DNA of 64,000 nucleotides from Trichoplax sp. H2 (Eukaryota), in contig NOWV01000143.1 of the NCBI GenBank assembly GCA_003344405.1, forward strand, positions 1-64,000, in the 5' to 3' direction. Of the stretch, positions 13,601 to 27,735 are shown piece by piece (position 1 is the stretch's first letter; every line of letters starts with the position of its first letter). The notes beneath the pieces were generated by a model, which was given only the letters and a program-made list of their open reading frames with translations, was not told the DNA's origin and searched no databases. Both the position numbers and the translations under genes were made by a program.

Positions 13601-15007
13601 TGAAGATCCTACAAATGACAATGTACCAACAGAAGATGAAGTCAGCTGGCTATGGAATAAAGTACAACAATGTTTAGAGATACCATCAGGAACAAAATCT
13701 GAAAATAAAAAGAAGAAAGATGACGATAAATCTCGAAATCTGTTAAGAAATACAGGATTGAATATTTCAAAACGAATGCCTGGTGATAAAATTAGACGAT
13801 CATCTGTTACTTCGGCACAGAGTGATACTGTTTTACTCAAGGATCAAGATTCAGCATCATCACGAATTCCTAGAAAAGTCTCATCAGCTAAACCTTCGAC
13901 ATCAGCTAAAATTCGCCTTCGTACGCGTTCATTAGTAAAACAACCGATCAATTTGAAACATACTAAACCTTATCCTAATACCGTAAAGGCAATGTCCAAG
14001 ACTAGCGTGGAAGGAAATAGCTTTAATAAAACTATTCCACGATCCTCTACCTATGGTCCAGTTAGGAGCTCTGCAAATAAATCATTAGAGAAAGCAGATT
14101 TCAACACTTTATATGAAGGTAGAAAGCGATAATATAATTGATTTAGCATCAATTCAGCCAATTTAACATTTACGTATGCGTATTGTTTGATATTTATAAT
14201 TCTTCCTACGATGTGATATACATACATTTTATTGCAAACAACCCTATTTCAACTTTACTCAAGCACTAATTAATGTTACTAAATATAACAAAAATGATTA
14301 TTACTGTCTTTTAACACGTTATTACTTTAGCTTGCTATTATTTAACAATTAGGCTTTCATTTTTAATCCTACTAGCTAATAATGTGAGCGAGAGTGTTGC
14401 TCATTTCATCATGGCCGAAAGCCTATGCAAAAAAAGTCTATCGGAAAGTCAAATTGAAGATTTATTAAAAGCAAAAAATGCACCAAAAAAGAAACAAGTC
14501 AAGCCTAGCGCTTTATCGATAGAAGAGAAAAGATTATTAGCTTCCATTCAAAGATTAGACGCGAAATTAGAAGGTATGCTCGAATTGACATATATTTAAC
14601 ACAAACATTCAGGATACCAATTCTGTTCCATGCTCTTTGGTGTCCTATACTAAAATAAGAAACAGTTATTTACTCCACCCTATTTTATGGAATATTTACT
14701 GATACAGAAACAACTGCTGCAAATGCTGAGCTTATTCGTAAACATTTAGCCGGTGTAGAAACATTTAAACCGCAAGTAAGTAATGGAATTAAAAACACGA
14801 ATATGTGCTCTTCTTCGTATGATTTATCATGACTAATTTAATTCATAGCTACGAAAGAGAATTTCCAAAGCAACTCAGCCCATTCGCCCCCAACAATTTT
14901 ACGAAATGAACGTTGCATTAAAAGCTAACAAACAGCAACAGAAAATTAAGACTCGAAATACTAGAGTTGAAGATGGGTTTCATCAAAATAGAACAGTCAG
15001 GTTGTAG
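10696..15007 (+). CDS. CEP126: CEP126 (KIAA1377)-like centrosomal protein; exons ~10696-10764, 10926-10969, 11359-11451, 11569-11717, 12112-14118, 14376-14573, 14708-14775, 14849-15007
   Basis: Phase-consistent GT-AG exons. N-terminal coiled coil 'FRENNKRRKQYEQQK...ERERLLASRRRK' and C-terminal 'SESVAHFIMAESLCK...SALSIEEKRLLASIQRLDAKL' resemble the two conserved CEP126 blocks as I recall them. The first two exons are less certain. Confidence 0.75.
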
Positions 15008-16202
15008 ATTTTTTTGGTGCACTAGTTCATACAAGCTGCTATTTATGCAATTTTAAGAAGTGAAAATTCTCATATTAATTTTACAGTTAAAAATTAGATA
15101 TTTGAAATTTCGGTAATTCTACTCTGCAATATGCTAGAAATTTGTACTCGAACACTAAGATTATCTCACATAAAACAAATTATCACTCATAGTTAATGTA
15201 AAATTTATCTATACTGTGTAGCGTCATCCATCACAAAAAGATGGTATGTAGCACAACCCTTTTAGGAGTGTTTATAAAAACCATTATTACAAAATGATTT
15301 TTAGATCAAGAAATATCACTGGACGTAAATTATTATTGCACTGTATATATAATTTCTATTTATTAAGAGAAATAGCGAAGTGTATATATATATATATATA
15401 TATATGTATGATTTATATTTGTATATGTTTATAAGTAATACTTATAAATAGTGATTGAAGTTCGATATAGTACTATCGCCCAAAACTTTGAAGCTGTATA
15501 TATCTAAAATGGTACAATTCGGAATTCATGAATGACATATTTTAAGATCAGACGGCGGTTTATAAAAACGATTCTGCAACATAATAAAATTTAAAGTGTA
15601 CGTTTTTCAAATTGGTAATCAATTTTATATCAAACATTCGCAACTGCACTGTTATCCTATGAGCCGTATTCGTTAAATAAGTGTGGTAAGAGCTAGACCT
15701 TTCAACAATTGAGATACAGCAGTTACACAAAGTAATGCAGCAGTATATGAAAAATTGCATAGAGAGTAAAAATGATGTTAAATGATGAATGGCTCTGCTT
15801 TAATTTAGTAATGAGTGAAATATAAACATGTCTCGTATTGTAATCATAAAGCGAAATAATCGCCAAATTATAATACCATATACAAGAATATAAATAAATT
15901 TACAAAACTACGTCTAACATCATTTTGATTAACAAAGTTTGCAAAACTTTTACTATCGAATACTGATAGTAATTCCGATAGTATTTAAAAACGCAATAGC
16001 CACCAAGACACTTTGTGAAATTGTAGAAACAACCCAGATGCAGCATTTCATATTACCATTGATCGCCTAGCGATGTTAGTGATTTCTGCTTGAACAAAAT
16101 AAATACATTTTTGTATATAAATTGTCATTATCAGTGAAGATGCTTACTAAAGAACAATAGAAACAATACTTAATACTTCTGGCTTAAGATGTTACGATTC
16201 AT

Positions 16203-18886
16203 TTAATGATTACATTCCTTAGGAAGGCCTGAGTAAGTCTTTACCTGTGCTCGTATTTTTGATAGGACTTCCATCATGTTATCCAATTCCTGCCTGAAAT
16301 AATTGATCTGCTCATTTTTGGCTAGTAATATTCGCTGCCATTTTTCCTGTTGGAAAGGACAAAACTCGACGTTAGTACCCAACTTTCTTACTATGTGTAG
16401 AATGTAATAATTAAATGAATTATAAGACGAACAAAAAAGTACTATGGTTATAAAGATGGTAAATTTTGCACTGTGTATTTGTAATAACCGTTAGGCAATA
16501 TCCACAATTGATTTGTCTTCCAAAAGTTAAACAAAAAAACGTGAACTTATGCATTGAAGATTATCAAAAAATACTGGCAGACAAATTATCAACCCTAACT
16601 TAAATCAGTGAGTATGCTCTATATCCGTCAATGACCAAAAGGAAAAATAAATTTGAGGTCCGAAGATATAACAATTGTTTACGTTGGCATTGCCATTATT
16701 ACAAAGCATGTTACCTCTCGCTCGTTTACATCGAATTCACTCATGCCATTAGAAAAGTTGATCATATTCTTTAATTCATTCTCCCTCTCTTTATACCTTA
16801 AAATTTAGTAAGACGTACACAACTAAACGATTGATATACTTTTTAAATTTTACCTTAGCATATTAATTTGACTATGCGCATATATGCTATCGCATGTCCA
16901 TTGCGAAAGGTAGCATAAATCACGGACCCTACAGCAGTAATGCAATTAAACAGATCTATACTTACTTTTTTTCAAGCTGGTTAACTTTCGATAAAAGGAA
17001 ACTGAAGTGGCGCAAGTCCTTGTGGTGTGTAACAATAGTCCGTTATTAGCTGTTTAAAAGCAGACTCAAATAAGCAAAGTTACTGTATCATTTCAATTAA
17101 CGAACCGGATTAGAAACATCTTTGATTAATGTCAATTCTTCCTTCAGTTCGGCGACGCTGTCCTTTAATGATACTTCGCGTTGTTGATAGATGTCGACAG
17201 TTTTTACTACTTTGTTAGCATCAGTCAGCTTCCGTCGAAGCTCTTCTATAAGTAGCTGCGCAAAAGTGGTATTTCTTTACTATAAAGCTCGAAAAGTATG
17301 CATATGAGAATCTAAATCTTACCTTCTGGCTTTCTATCTTGGCATTCTTTTCTGATAAATTGATTTCTGAATGTTGATTAACATAAATTCGAAATTCTTC
17401 CATATGCTTCTCTTTCATTTCCTCCATCTAACAAAAATATATAGATAATCTAGTAATTCATGAGAAATATCATATACGTATTAATCGGTCCAATTGCAAC
17501 TTCTGCGAGAGCTCGATAATATAACAATTTAAACACGGTGTCCTCTTAGTAATATCTTGACCTATTCACATTCATAACTATAATAAGCTGAGTATCAAAG
17601 AGACCTGCACTAGGAGATCCTTCCGAGTATTTTCAAGCAAAGATCTTTCTTGATGAATTTGGTCGTGTAATGATTTGACGTCGCTCTCGTATTCTAGCTT
17701 TAAATTTGCAATCTGTATCCGAGATTAAAATTAAAATGTGACAGTAAATTTAAATTGCTAAGAGTGAAATGCTATAATGATCTCAGATAACTGGCACATC
17801 CAGATAAATTATGTTGTAATGATTTATTACCTGATTTTCTAATGCATTTTTCTCATTTGATACATCTGCGAGTTCGGATTCTAGCAGATATCGCGGGTTA
17901 TAATTTTTATCTTCTTGGTTAGATTGTACTGCTGCTTTCTGATTTTCGGGGGCAGCAATATTTTGCATAATTTGCTAATCAAAAGAAAATCTGAATATCA
18001 CTTCCTAAGTTCCTATTTACCAATGCGAAGGAGGTAAACATTAATTTCTTACTATTGACTTCTTGGGCGTCTTCCTTATGTCGGTCTTCTTCCTTTTAAT
18101 CTCCTTGGTTGATTTTAAACGTCCATTTTGGCTCTTGATATCCTTAATATCTGCAATTTTTAACTTTGTTATTTCCAGCAATTTCTTAACAATTACTTCC
18201 AACTGATCTTTCGTTGGTCTTTCCGCATTTATCTCAAGATTATCATCCTTCAATGCTATAATAGCTTCATCGACACCTAATTATGTGAGCACGCAACCAT
18301 TAAACTACAATGAATTAATGCTATCGAGAAAAATATCACGCTGCCCGTTTTCGCAATGTCATTACCTGGAGATGCAGATGATGTGGTTACATTGGACAAT
18401 GATTCAACTGCAGTGGTAATATCCTTTAACATTTGCGCATCTCTTTGTTTATGTCTTTCCTTCAAACTTTCGAGTTCTTTCTCTAAAGCTTGAGTGCGAG
18501 TATACGGATGAACTGAGCGTTGATGATATTCACCAGTTAATCTTGATAGTCTGTCAGTGGCAGTAGCTAGTTGTGTTTCTAGATCGGTTACACGATCGTC
18601 GTACTTAATCTGTAATATTTAGTTGGCAAAAATACAGTAAGTGGCAATTAAAATTTACCAACTAACAAAATAATTTGAGACAAATCCTAAGATTCACGTA
18701 TTAGCTTATAAAATTTATGAATTATCAACATCAAACTGAAATATATATTATTATAATATTACAATAATTAGGTTTGAGAGCAGTAATATATTTTTGAATA
18801 AATAAAAATTTTTAAACATACAGTAATGCCAGAGGAATGAAGATACAACATCATTTTCATCGACAGCAGAAATGAAGTTGCTATTC

Positions 18887-18917
<31 letters not shown>

Positions 18918-21900
18918 TTACGAAACTAAGTGCACACTACTTATTTACCTTCATCCCTTCATTTAGCTGCTTAAGTGATCTAATACTCTTTTCGTTTTCA
19001 ATTTCCTTCTCCTTTAATTCTTCTTTCAGTTTTTGGAGCTCATTCTCAAGATAAATAGCAGAATGGGGCGATTTTGATTCATTGTCAACACTAGGTTCAT
19101 TACCGGAAGATGCATTAGCAGCATAAATCAAAGCAGATATCGAATTTGGATAACGACGCTTGATGATTTCATCCATTTCTCTAATCTATTGCCGAGAAAA
19201 GCCTGATTAAAGACACAAATCACATGATGTAATGCGAATAAATATTAAGTCTTATCATACCTGTCGCTTATGGTCCTTAATCTGTTGTTCATATAACTGT
19301 CGTTGGCTAGTATATAATTCGCTTTCTTGGATTTCTGTTGCAGCCTTGATTTTTAAAATTAAGTGGAATGAAATGTAACATGTGCGTGCGTATGTCTTAA
19401 GCGAGATCTAGCAAATGCAATTTTTGTCATATCTTAAAATGATAGGGAGAACTTAATAAAGCAGAAATATATGATTCATTGCAACGAGTTTTGCTAACTT
19501 TTTTCTTCAATTCTTCTACTTGCTGATTTAATTCTTTAATTTGAAGTCGCTTCTCTTTAATTTCATTGCTGTCATGATCCAAAAGCTGCTGATTTTCGGC
19601 GTACCATTTCAATTTTTCACGCATGTCGCTCAATTCCTTTTCGTATCTTTCTTTTAATTCGCTTAAATTCTCTGCGGTAATCACTGTAGAATGTTAAACA
19701 TGATTTAACAATTGCTAGAAAGAATTCGTCATCCCAATTATGCTTTAACATGATGAAAATTAGCTTACTTTTGCCTTCTTCAATATGGCTTTTATATTCA
19801 TTCAGCTCACGCACCAATTTATCTATGTGCTTCTCAAGTTCACCTTTGATTACTTCAAGTTGATCTACTTCTTGTCTTAAATTAAGTTCACGCTCTTTAC
19901 TTGCCTTAAGTTCTGATTCTAATTCAGCAATTTTTCCTGCTCCTAAAATAATTGGATTAGTTTTCTGAACAGGATCAAATCCAACTGCCTCAAGTTTATT
20001 CCTACAAATAGAAAGAGTTAACAATATTAGCTACTGTAAAATTATAACAATAGATCATATTATCCACTACTTAATCATATACAAATACTATACACGTATT
20101 GGAAACGATTTCCTAATTTTTTTAAGCTTACTTTAACGACATTATTTCAACCTTTAGTTGCTCATTTTCTGTGTACATTTTCTTTTCGATGGCTTTACTA
20201 CGGTTTCGAGTTAATTTAAGTTCTTCATATAATCTTTCATTTTCCTGTTCATAGTGAATTGCAAACCGAAAAGGACGAAATGTAAATGTTACAATATATG
20301 TTGTGATGTAATAATGCTTAATTTCTTGGATAGGATGTTTCATTGACATTATTTTATAAATAATTAAATACTGTACTACCTTAATCTTAACCCTAACTAG
20401 GTTATATTATAGTAGTAACATCAAGCATCCCAGGAAAGCCTTTTCCTTCGGTGATAACTTACAGTTTGATAACCCTTTAATAATGATTCTTGGTCCTTAA
20501 TGTCCTTTTCTAAAGTTTTCAGTTCATTGTTCGTAGATCCTTCGAGACCACCACCTCCTATAACTCGTTTTCTGGCATTTAATTGCTCCTCATATTCTCG
20601 AATCTTCGATGATAAATGTCAACAACAATAAGCCAAATAGTCAAGACAAACATTTGATAGAATTCATAACCACATCTTATGTTATCGTAATTCAGACCTT
20701 TGCAAGTAATATGAAGTTGTCCTGTTTTACATCATGCATCTTTTTTTCCATCGTAAGTTCAAGTTCTCGCTGTTGCTGTGCCCATGAGCTTTCCCTGACT
20801 TTGAAATCTTCTATCAATTTTTCTACTTTATTCTTTTCTTCCATCCAAGCATCTTTCCATTTTGTACTTTCATCATTTTTGCTTGATTCCATCTTGTTTA
20901 GTTGCATAAAAAAAGAAATAAATATCTAAAATTCTGAAGAATATACTCTACATATTATCAGAATGAAGGGCAGTAAAGTTTATAAATACCTGAGGAGAGG
21001 CTGAAATTTTGGTTGTTTTCCCAACTACATCCTGAATATAATTGGCAAAAGACTCTACAGACGCTGCTATTAATTGAGCATCTCGATTTTGTATACTAAC
21101 AGGTATGTTACTACTACCTTTTGGCGCATTTCTATTGAATATGAATATATAGTGACTAAATTAGTAAGTCAGCTCTTGAAATAAAGTAAACCCATTTTGT
21201 AAAAAATTTTAGTATAATTTTAAACGAAATAAGATATAGGCGTATACATGTAAATGTACCTATTAGGAGTTTTTTTAACCGGAGTAGAATGTGGCTCCTT
21301 ACGAGGCGTATTTCCGTGCTGAGTGCGAGGATCACGCTTTTTCGCAATGATTTTATTTCTTTCTATAAAGTTTTTGGTTGACGATACAGGGGTATTTGCG
21401 GCAGGAGAATAGCTACTAGATTTAGGCTTGTATTGATCACTTGAATTTTTAAACTTTTCTCTAGCGGCTCTTAGCTTTTTCTCCATGCTTGCCGACTTCG
21501 TAACGCTAATGTTACTATCTGAATCAGTTTCAATAGCTTGAAGATCAAAACCTCGTTGTTCATTGACATTATCAACCTGGCTCTTTATGGGTATTCTTTC
21601 ATCTTCTGATTCTGTTGCTACCAGTTGTAAATCAAAACCTCTCGGTTCTGCTACTTGATCAGGCGTTGATTGTTCTTGTTTATGAGAAACATTTTGTAAG
21701 CCCTTAGTTGGTAAACTCAATTTGGACTGGCCATCTGCAATTTCGTCATTTGTCTCGTTGTCGTCATTATTACGAACTAAGTTCTCGCTTTCCTGCCTTG
21801 ATTTGTCAAAGATTGTTACGGCATCATTTGTAGTTGGATGGTTGAAAACTGGAAGTGTTTCTCCTGAATGAATATCTGTATCATTTTTAGGCTGTTCTGG

Positions 21901-22923
21901 TAATAGCGGTGCAACATTTTCAGCATTTTTGTTATTATTATCAGTATTATTGTCGATAAAATTGGTGGTGCTTAAAGTTTCGTCATCACCAGTTAATCCG
22001 GCATTTTCAATTAATTTTTTGATAGCATCGAGATCACTAGTAGCGCCAGATTTGGTATTGATTGCACTGTTGACCGTGCCAAGTTTAATGCTGTCTTCAA
22101 AAACATCATTATCGTCCTTAATGGTTTGTTGCAATGTAGAATCAAGAGTATCAGCTAAGGATACTTTTGACAACATTGACGGTTTAATGGGATAGTTGTT
22201 ATTCTTTTCCAATGTAGCATTATTCGATTGTGATTGCAACGGTTCAGAATTGGTAGTAGGGTCTTGAAGTTGATCATTAACAGTCCAATCGGTAACATCT
22301 TTATTTTCATCACTATTAGCATCTACTGTTGCTGATTTATTCTTACTTGATATAGAAGTCATATTATCAGAATTTTCCAATTGATCACATAAGTTAGCAT
22401 AGGGTACATTATCACCATAATTTTTTTGTAAACGATTAAACAATTCTTTCTTTTCTTCCATTTCCTTCAAGGTATCTTGATCGCCGGCAGAGCCACCTAG
22501 TTCTTTGTTATTGCGATTTATCGATATTCTACTATCATCTACAGTAACCGTTGGCTGATTTTTACTATCATGTGAAGGATCTGTAGTAGCGTGATCATCA
22601 ACTAGTAAATCCGTGTTGGAATCATCAACTCTAGTAACTGCTTGTTTCGAGGTAAGACTTTGCATATTTTTACTTGGCTCAGTGGTAAACCAATCGTCAG
22701 CATTGTCATTATCTGAAGTAGTATCGTCTGTCTCATCCATAGCAGTACCACCGGAATACCACGATGGCAATGATACATTAGCTTTCTTATTTTTTCGTTT
22801 CCCTTTATCAGTTTTGTTTTTCTGACTGGTGCCAAAGTGAAGGCCAGCAGAAGAATCAGACGATGCATCTCCACCCAGGATATCTTGCAAATCGCGATTG
22901 AACTCTTCATCACTAAGAGCCAT
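16203..22923 (-). CDS. CEP162: CEP162 (QN1/KIAA1009)-like centriole/transition-zone coiled-coil protein, ~18 exons
   Basis: Large first exon 22923-21260 ('PSMLSKVSLADTLDS'); motifs 'GYQT|ENERLY', 'LKWYAENQQLLD', 'IIKRRYPNSISALI', 'DLRHF', 'KNEQINYFRQELDNMMEVL'. The exact stop is uncertain (read-through to 16203 or one further exon). Confidence 0.88.
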
Positions 22924-24477
22924 CTTGCAAAGTGATTTGGTATTCTATTTCTTGGTTGGTTATAAACTTTACGTGTATTATCAAGTAGACACAATTGCTG
23001 TATAATCAATTCATCATAACCTTATCCTAAATGATTGAATAAACAATATTGGACTTGTTAGTCAGCATGACCGTAAAATCATTCAATCATTCCTTACGAA
23101 GAATTTGAATCAAAGTATGGTATAATTAGATTAAAAGCAATTTTACGAATGTATTGAGAAAGTAGAATAAAGTTATGTCGAAGACAACTTTTTATAAAGG
23201 TACAAAGCTTAATTGTAGTCTCATTTTTCTTATGATAGGGAAAGGCAATGAAATTTGAGGGGGGGGAGGAGATTTTTTTGTACGACTACCAAATCTATGC
23301 TAGTTTTAGTAATGCAGTAAGTAACCATGAGTTCAAAATCCATCCTTACCTTGATGCTATCCTGACTGAATTAAAGTACTGTACTGCTACCATGACTGAT
23401 ACTATCGTTGCAGAGCAAGTACTGATACTATTTTGGAAGGCACTGGTTGTGATACTCTGAGTATATTTGTTTACATTGACCTTCTCAGCTGGCATATTCT
23501 GTTTTATATGGTATATGAATAGTGCTTCAATATCAACATTCACCATGACAAAGTGTGGGCACAATAATTCTAAGTAGCGAGGAGGATCATGATTGAAATT
23601 ATTCTATATTTGCAATGTTGTAGGTAAGTTTAACTACTGTATGTAATCGATACGATTCTACTGCAGTCGCCATCGATAACCGATAATGGAGTTCATGCGT
23701 ACAATAAACACTATCCATGGAAATGATAGTAAAATAGCAAAGTAAATCGTTTACTGTAGTTACGTTGAACAATTTGATCTCATTGTTGGTGCCCTATCTA
23801 CTCAGTATGCATGTATAAATTTGCCAAGATACTCTAATGGATCCGTAAAAAATAATAATAATATCATACTGTATACATACAGTAACAGCAACTGTATTAT
23901 CATGCAATACGACAAATTGGATGATGATGAACTTTATAGCTACTGGTATCCATTTGCTGATTCAGTAAGATTATTTCTCTAAATCTTAAGATGGAAAATG
24001 TTCTTTTACTTTGACACTATTTTGATGTCAATCGATTACCAGTTGAGCGATTGATCGCATAGTATTACTGGTAATCCAGTCTTTCTTGAACAAAGTCGAT
24101 CATGTATGTTATTCGAATATGCTTATGGATTAAGTTGGCTTTCCAATAGAGTTCTACTGCAAGTAACAGCATCACATTGAACAATTTCTCCAAGACAACA
24201 GCGGGTATTATCGCAAAAATCACATTGTATCGACTTACCACTCAATCATGGAATGGAGTTAGCTGGATTAAGCGTAATCAAGGTTGAATTTGGATCATTT
24301 TTGCTGGTTCTAAGAAAGGATTAGACATAGAGATATGATCCGATCCAATCCATCCTTCCTGAAATTGATTTGAGATTGGAATTCTGCACCGCTTAAAGTC
24401 GCTACTGATTCGGCGTACTGTATGCGTCAGTCATCTCGCTTGTCACTCGCAGAGTGAGAGGGGAGAGACTGTTACTC

Positions 24478-24770
24478 GCTTACAGTACAATGTACTGAAC
24501 TGGAAGATCGAAGATCTTTATACTGTACACTGTACAGTGTACAAAAGTTTCGTGAGCTACAGTACTGTACTGTACAGTACTGTACCGTATGTACGGAAAA
24601 CATAGTGCAATATAGTGTTTCAAGCCCGAGCCCTGCGGCATACACTACCATAGTATTACCAGGCATTACGATCGAATTACAGTACAACGCTTCCAGCAAA
24701 AGCTTGGATCTACAGTACAGTACATGTACAGTACAATACTGTACACTGTACAGTGTACAGTAATCAGTAC
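24478..24770. repeat. Degenerate TACAGT/ACTGTA simple-repeat array between divergent CEP162 and GPN2
   Basis: e.g. tacagtactgtactgtacagtactgtac; further copies at ~25017-25070 and ~25153-25167. Confidence 0.85.
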
Positions 24771-24777
24771 AAATTTT

Positions 24778-24789
24778 TTTGGCGCCAAA
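24778..24789. promoter_or_regulatory. Palindromic E2F-type site TTTGGCGCCAAA
   Basis: Perfect 12-bp palindrome matching the E2F consensus in an AT-rich divergent intergenic region. Confidence 0.45.
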
Positions 24790-25433
24790 TTACTAAATGA
24801 ATCAAGCTGCCCATCACAAGTTATTGCTACTAGTACCTGTAAATCCTCTCCTTCTCCTTTCGTTGGGTATAACATTGATTGAAGAAGCATCCAATTTTGA
24901 TACATTTGTTTTCACGAAAATCGTATCAATTAGACTCTTCCATCCTATACCATGCCATGTTCAGACGTAAAATTGAAAGACGAGGACGGACCATGGGATG
25001 ATGCCAAGGCTGACTCCAGTACAGTGTACAGTGTACCGTACAACGCGGTAGGTACAGTACTAGATACTGTAAGCTCAGAACTACTGGAAAACAGCTCCTT
25101 TTGCCTTGTTGCTATGGAGCCCAGGCCAAGCCAGGCTAGGCTAGGCTAGGCTATACAGTACAGTATACTTTACCGAGTGTCAAGCGACAGTAGAGGCTTG
25201 CTGTTACAAAAAGCACCTCAAAGGCTCCATAATGGCTGCAGTAGCTCAATAAATCTCCTATCAAGCAATTTGCTTTCCGTAATCAATCGAACAAGAATAA
25301 TAACTATAAAGTTTCTATGTTGTTGAATTGCAGGGAATTGGCCATCGAATTCATTGAATACACGCTCGACAAATCCAACATTATTCATTGCATTGCAATT
25401 CATCGCTGAAAGCATTCACTTCAAATCCCAGTA

Positions 25434-26872
25434 ATGCCTTACGGTCAATTAGTGATTGGACCTCCTGGTTCAGGCAAAACTACATATTGCCATGGCATGC
25501 AACAATTTCTATCAACAGCTTGTAAACGTAAAGTCATGGTGGTCAATTTAGATCCAGCAAATGACTCGCTCCCTTATCAATGTGATATTAATATTTCTTC
25601 CTTAGTGACTGTCGAAGACACAATGAAGTTGCTCAAGTTAGGTCCCAATGGTGGTTTAATTTATTGTATGGAATATTTAGAGAAAAATATAGACTGGCTG
25701 GAAGATCAGTTGAGTAAATTCAGCGATTGCTATTTCTTATTTGATTGCCCTGGTCAAGTAGAATTGTACACTCACCATAAGGCGGTCAGATCTATTGTAG
25801 AACGACTACAGCAGTTAGATTTTAAGGTGCGTCTACTGCAAAATGGAGCATGCGAGTGTTTATTTTCTTCTCTGAACAATTTTATAATTATATCATTCTT
25901 CTTGATGCTTCTTCAATTTTTTTTATACGTATGCAATGACTCAATCAGCTGGTTGCAGTCCATCTCGTCGATTCACATTATTGTACAGATCCATCCAAAT
26001 TTTTATCAATTCTCTTAACATCCTTGTCTACCATGCTGCAAATTGAATTGCCTCACGTAAATATTTTATCCAAAATTGATCTTATTGAAAGCTATGGCAA
26101 ACTAGGTAATTATACTGTACAATCATTTGCCCACAATTATGCCTAATTTTTCAAATGCAAGTGTTACTACTACTGTAACGTATGTATAGAGCATTATATA
26201 CCTTCTACTGTGTACCTGCATGCCTACTACGCCTGCTAAGACTACACTAAGAAATACACTTAATTTTGGTATTCTAGCTTTCGGTTTAGATTTTTATACC
26301 GAAGTCTTAAACTTGGACTATTTATTGGAACGAATGAATGAAGACGCATTCAGTAAAAAATATCGCAAACTCAGTGCAGCTCTGGCTGGGCTGATCGAAA
26401 ATTATAGTCTAGTCTGGTTTGCTACTTTGAATATTCAGGTGCTAAAATCAACTCTCACACGTCAATTTTTGCTGTTAAGACTGTGTGATATACCGTAGTG
26501 AATTACTAGTTTATTATCCACAATAAATTCACCATTTTAACGATATGATTTCATTTTATATACAGGATAAAGAAAGCGTTGCCAATGTTGTTAAAATCAT
26601 TGATAAAGCCAACGGATATATATTTAATAAAGCCGACCATAACATAGCTGCGTTGATGTCGTCCGCTGTTGGTGCCGATTTTGACTACTTTAAATATCCT
26701 TTAATAGAATCTAACATTATCTTAAACTAGTTTCGATATTTCAACTTCGTATATTTGTAATATATATTGTTTTTGGAAACGGAAATTTCCCATAACAAAA
26801 GGTACGAATGCTAAAGTCAAAGAACTGCATCTACGATCTGATAATGCACCACTGGATGATGATGACAAATAA
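25434..26872 (+). CDS. GPN2: GPN-loop GTPase 2; exons 25434-25826, 25949-26105, 26278-26438, 26566-26693, 26806-26872; last intron is U12 AT-AC
   Basis: [10 protein letters not shown]-loop, 'NLDPAN', 'LGPNGGL', '[13 protein letters not shown]', '[12 protein letters not shown]', 'IDKANGY'. Confidence 0.95.
26694..26805 (+). other. U12-type AT-AC intron of GPN2
   Basis: Donor ATATCCTTT; branch-like TTTCCCATAAC at 26786-26796; AC acceptor restores frame ([14 protein letters not shown]...DDDDK*). Confidence 0.85.
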
Positions 26873-27629
26873 ACAAAATGCCAAGAAAAAACATTTTCAA
26901 GTACAGTAATACCACCTTTTCTTGGAATCATAGAAGCCGGTTTTCACGCTTCAATATCACATTCTACAGCACTCCCAGTATTGCAGTCTCATAATTGTTT
27001 GCCGAAAGAGTTTTATGCGATATAAACTATGATAGATAGCATGGAAAGAACTCTCCTTGAAGCGATACCGTATAGAGTTGTAGGTGCTGTAGATGATTAC
27101 ATCAACTACTGCCATATTTCTATCATAATACTTTGAAGGGCTATATTGTGAAGTACTATCCTATTTTGTAGTTATTATGAATTCTATTCCAATGGATAAG
27201 GTTCGGTTTTTGATTACTAAAACGGAAAGTGATATCTGCTTCTGATTCTTTTGACTATCGTAGTCGGTAGCCAATTAATTCGCAGGATTTCCTAATCCAT
27301 AATTGTCTGCAAATTCAGTATCGTCTGTGATTAGGCATTATAATAATATCATTAACAATTCATTATCTTGTTGACTAACTTTATTGAAATGCATGTTTCT
27401 TTTGCAGTCGTCTCTGAATTGAAGTGCAACAGTTTTCTAAATTATGTATTATTGTAAAAAGAGTCGCTTAATTACTTATACTGTGTAAATATTTTCATCG
27501 ATGTCACATAAATCGTGATAAGTCAAGCTCTTTACATTAATCAACATGATAAAAAAATCTTTGATTGTAATGAAGGTACTGTTAATCTATTACTTGCTAA
27601 AATTATCTTAATGGGAAATAAAAACATCG

Positions 27630-27735
27630 AAAATCATGTTGTATATTAAGGCCAAGTCTTAAAAAATTTTAGACTTGGCAATGATTACAAGGTAGGGCAC
27701 ACGCAGTTGACACACGTGGAAATGCTATAACAAGA
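27630..27735 (-). pseudogene. Decayed copy of the last exon of the RMP24/Snm1-like gene
   Basis: ttttagacttgg (~27667 vs ~36420) and gaaatgctataac (~27719 vs ~36521) lie in colinear order within a longer diverged alignment. Confidence 0.55.

Noticed and set aside
15381-15406. (TA)n tracts (also ~18892-18914)
   Set aside because: Ordinary microsatellites
24238-24310. Minus-strand frame with in-frame TGA suggesting a selenoprotein
   Set aside because: No redox motif, recognisable family or SECIS seen
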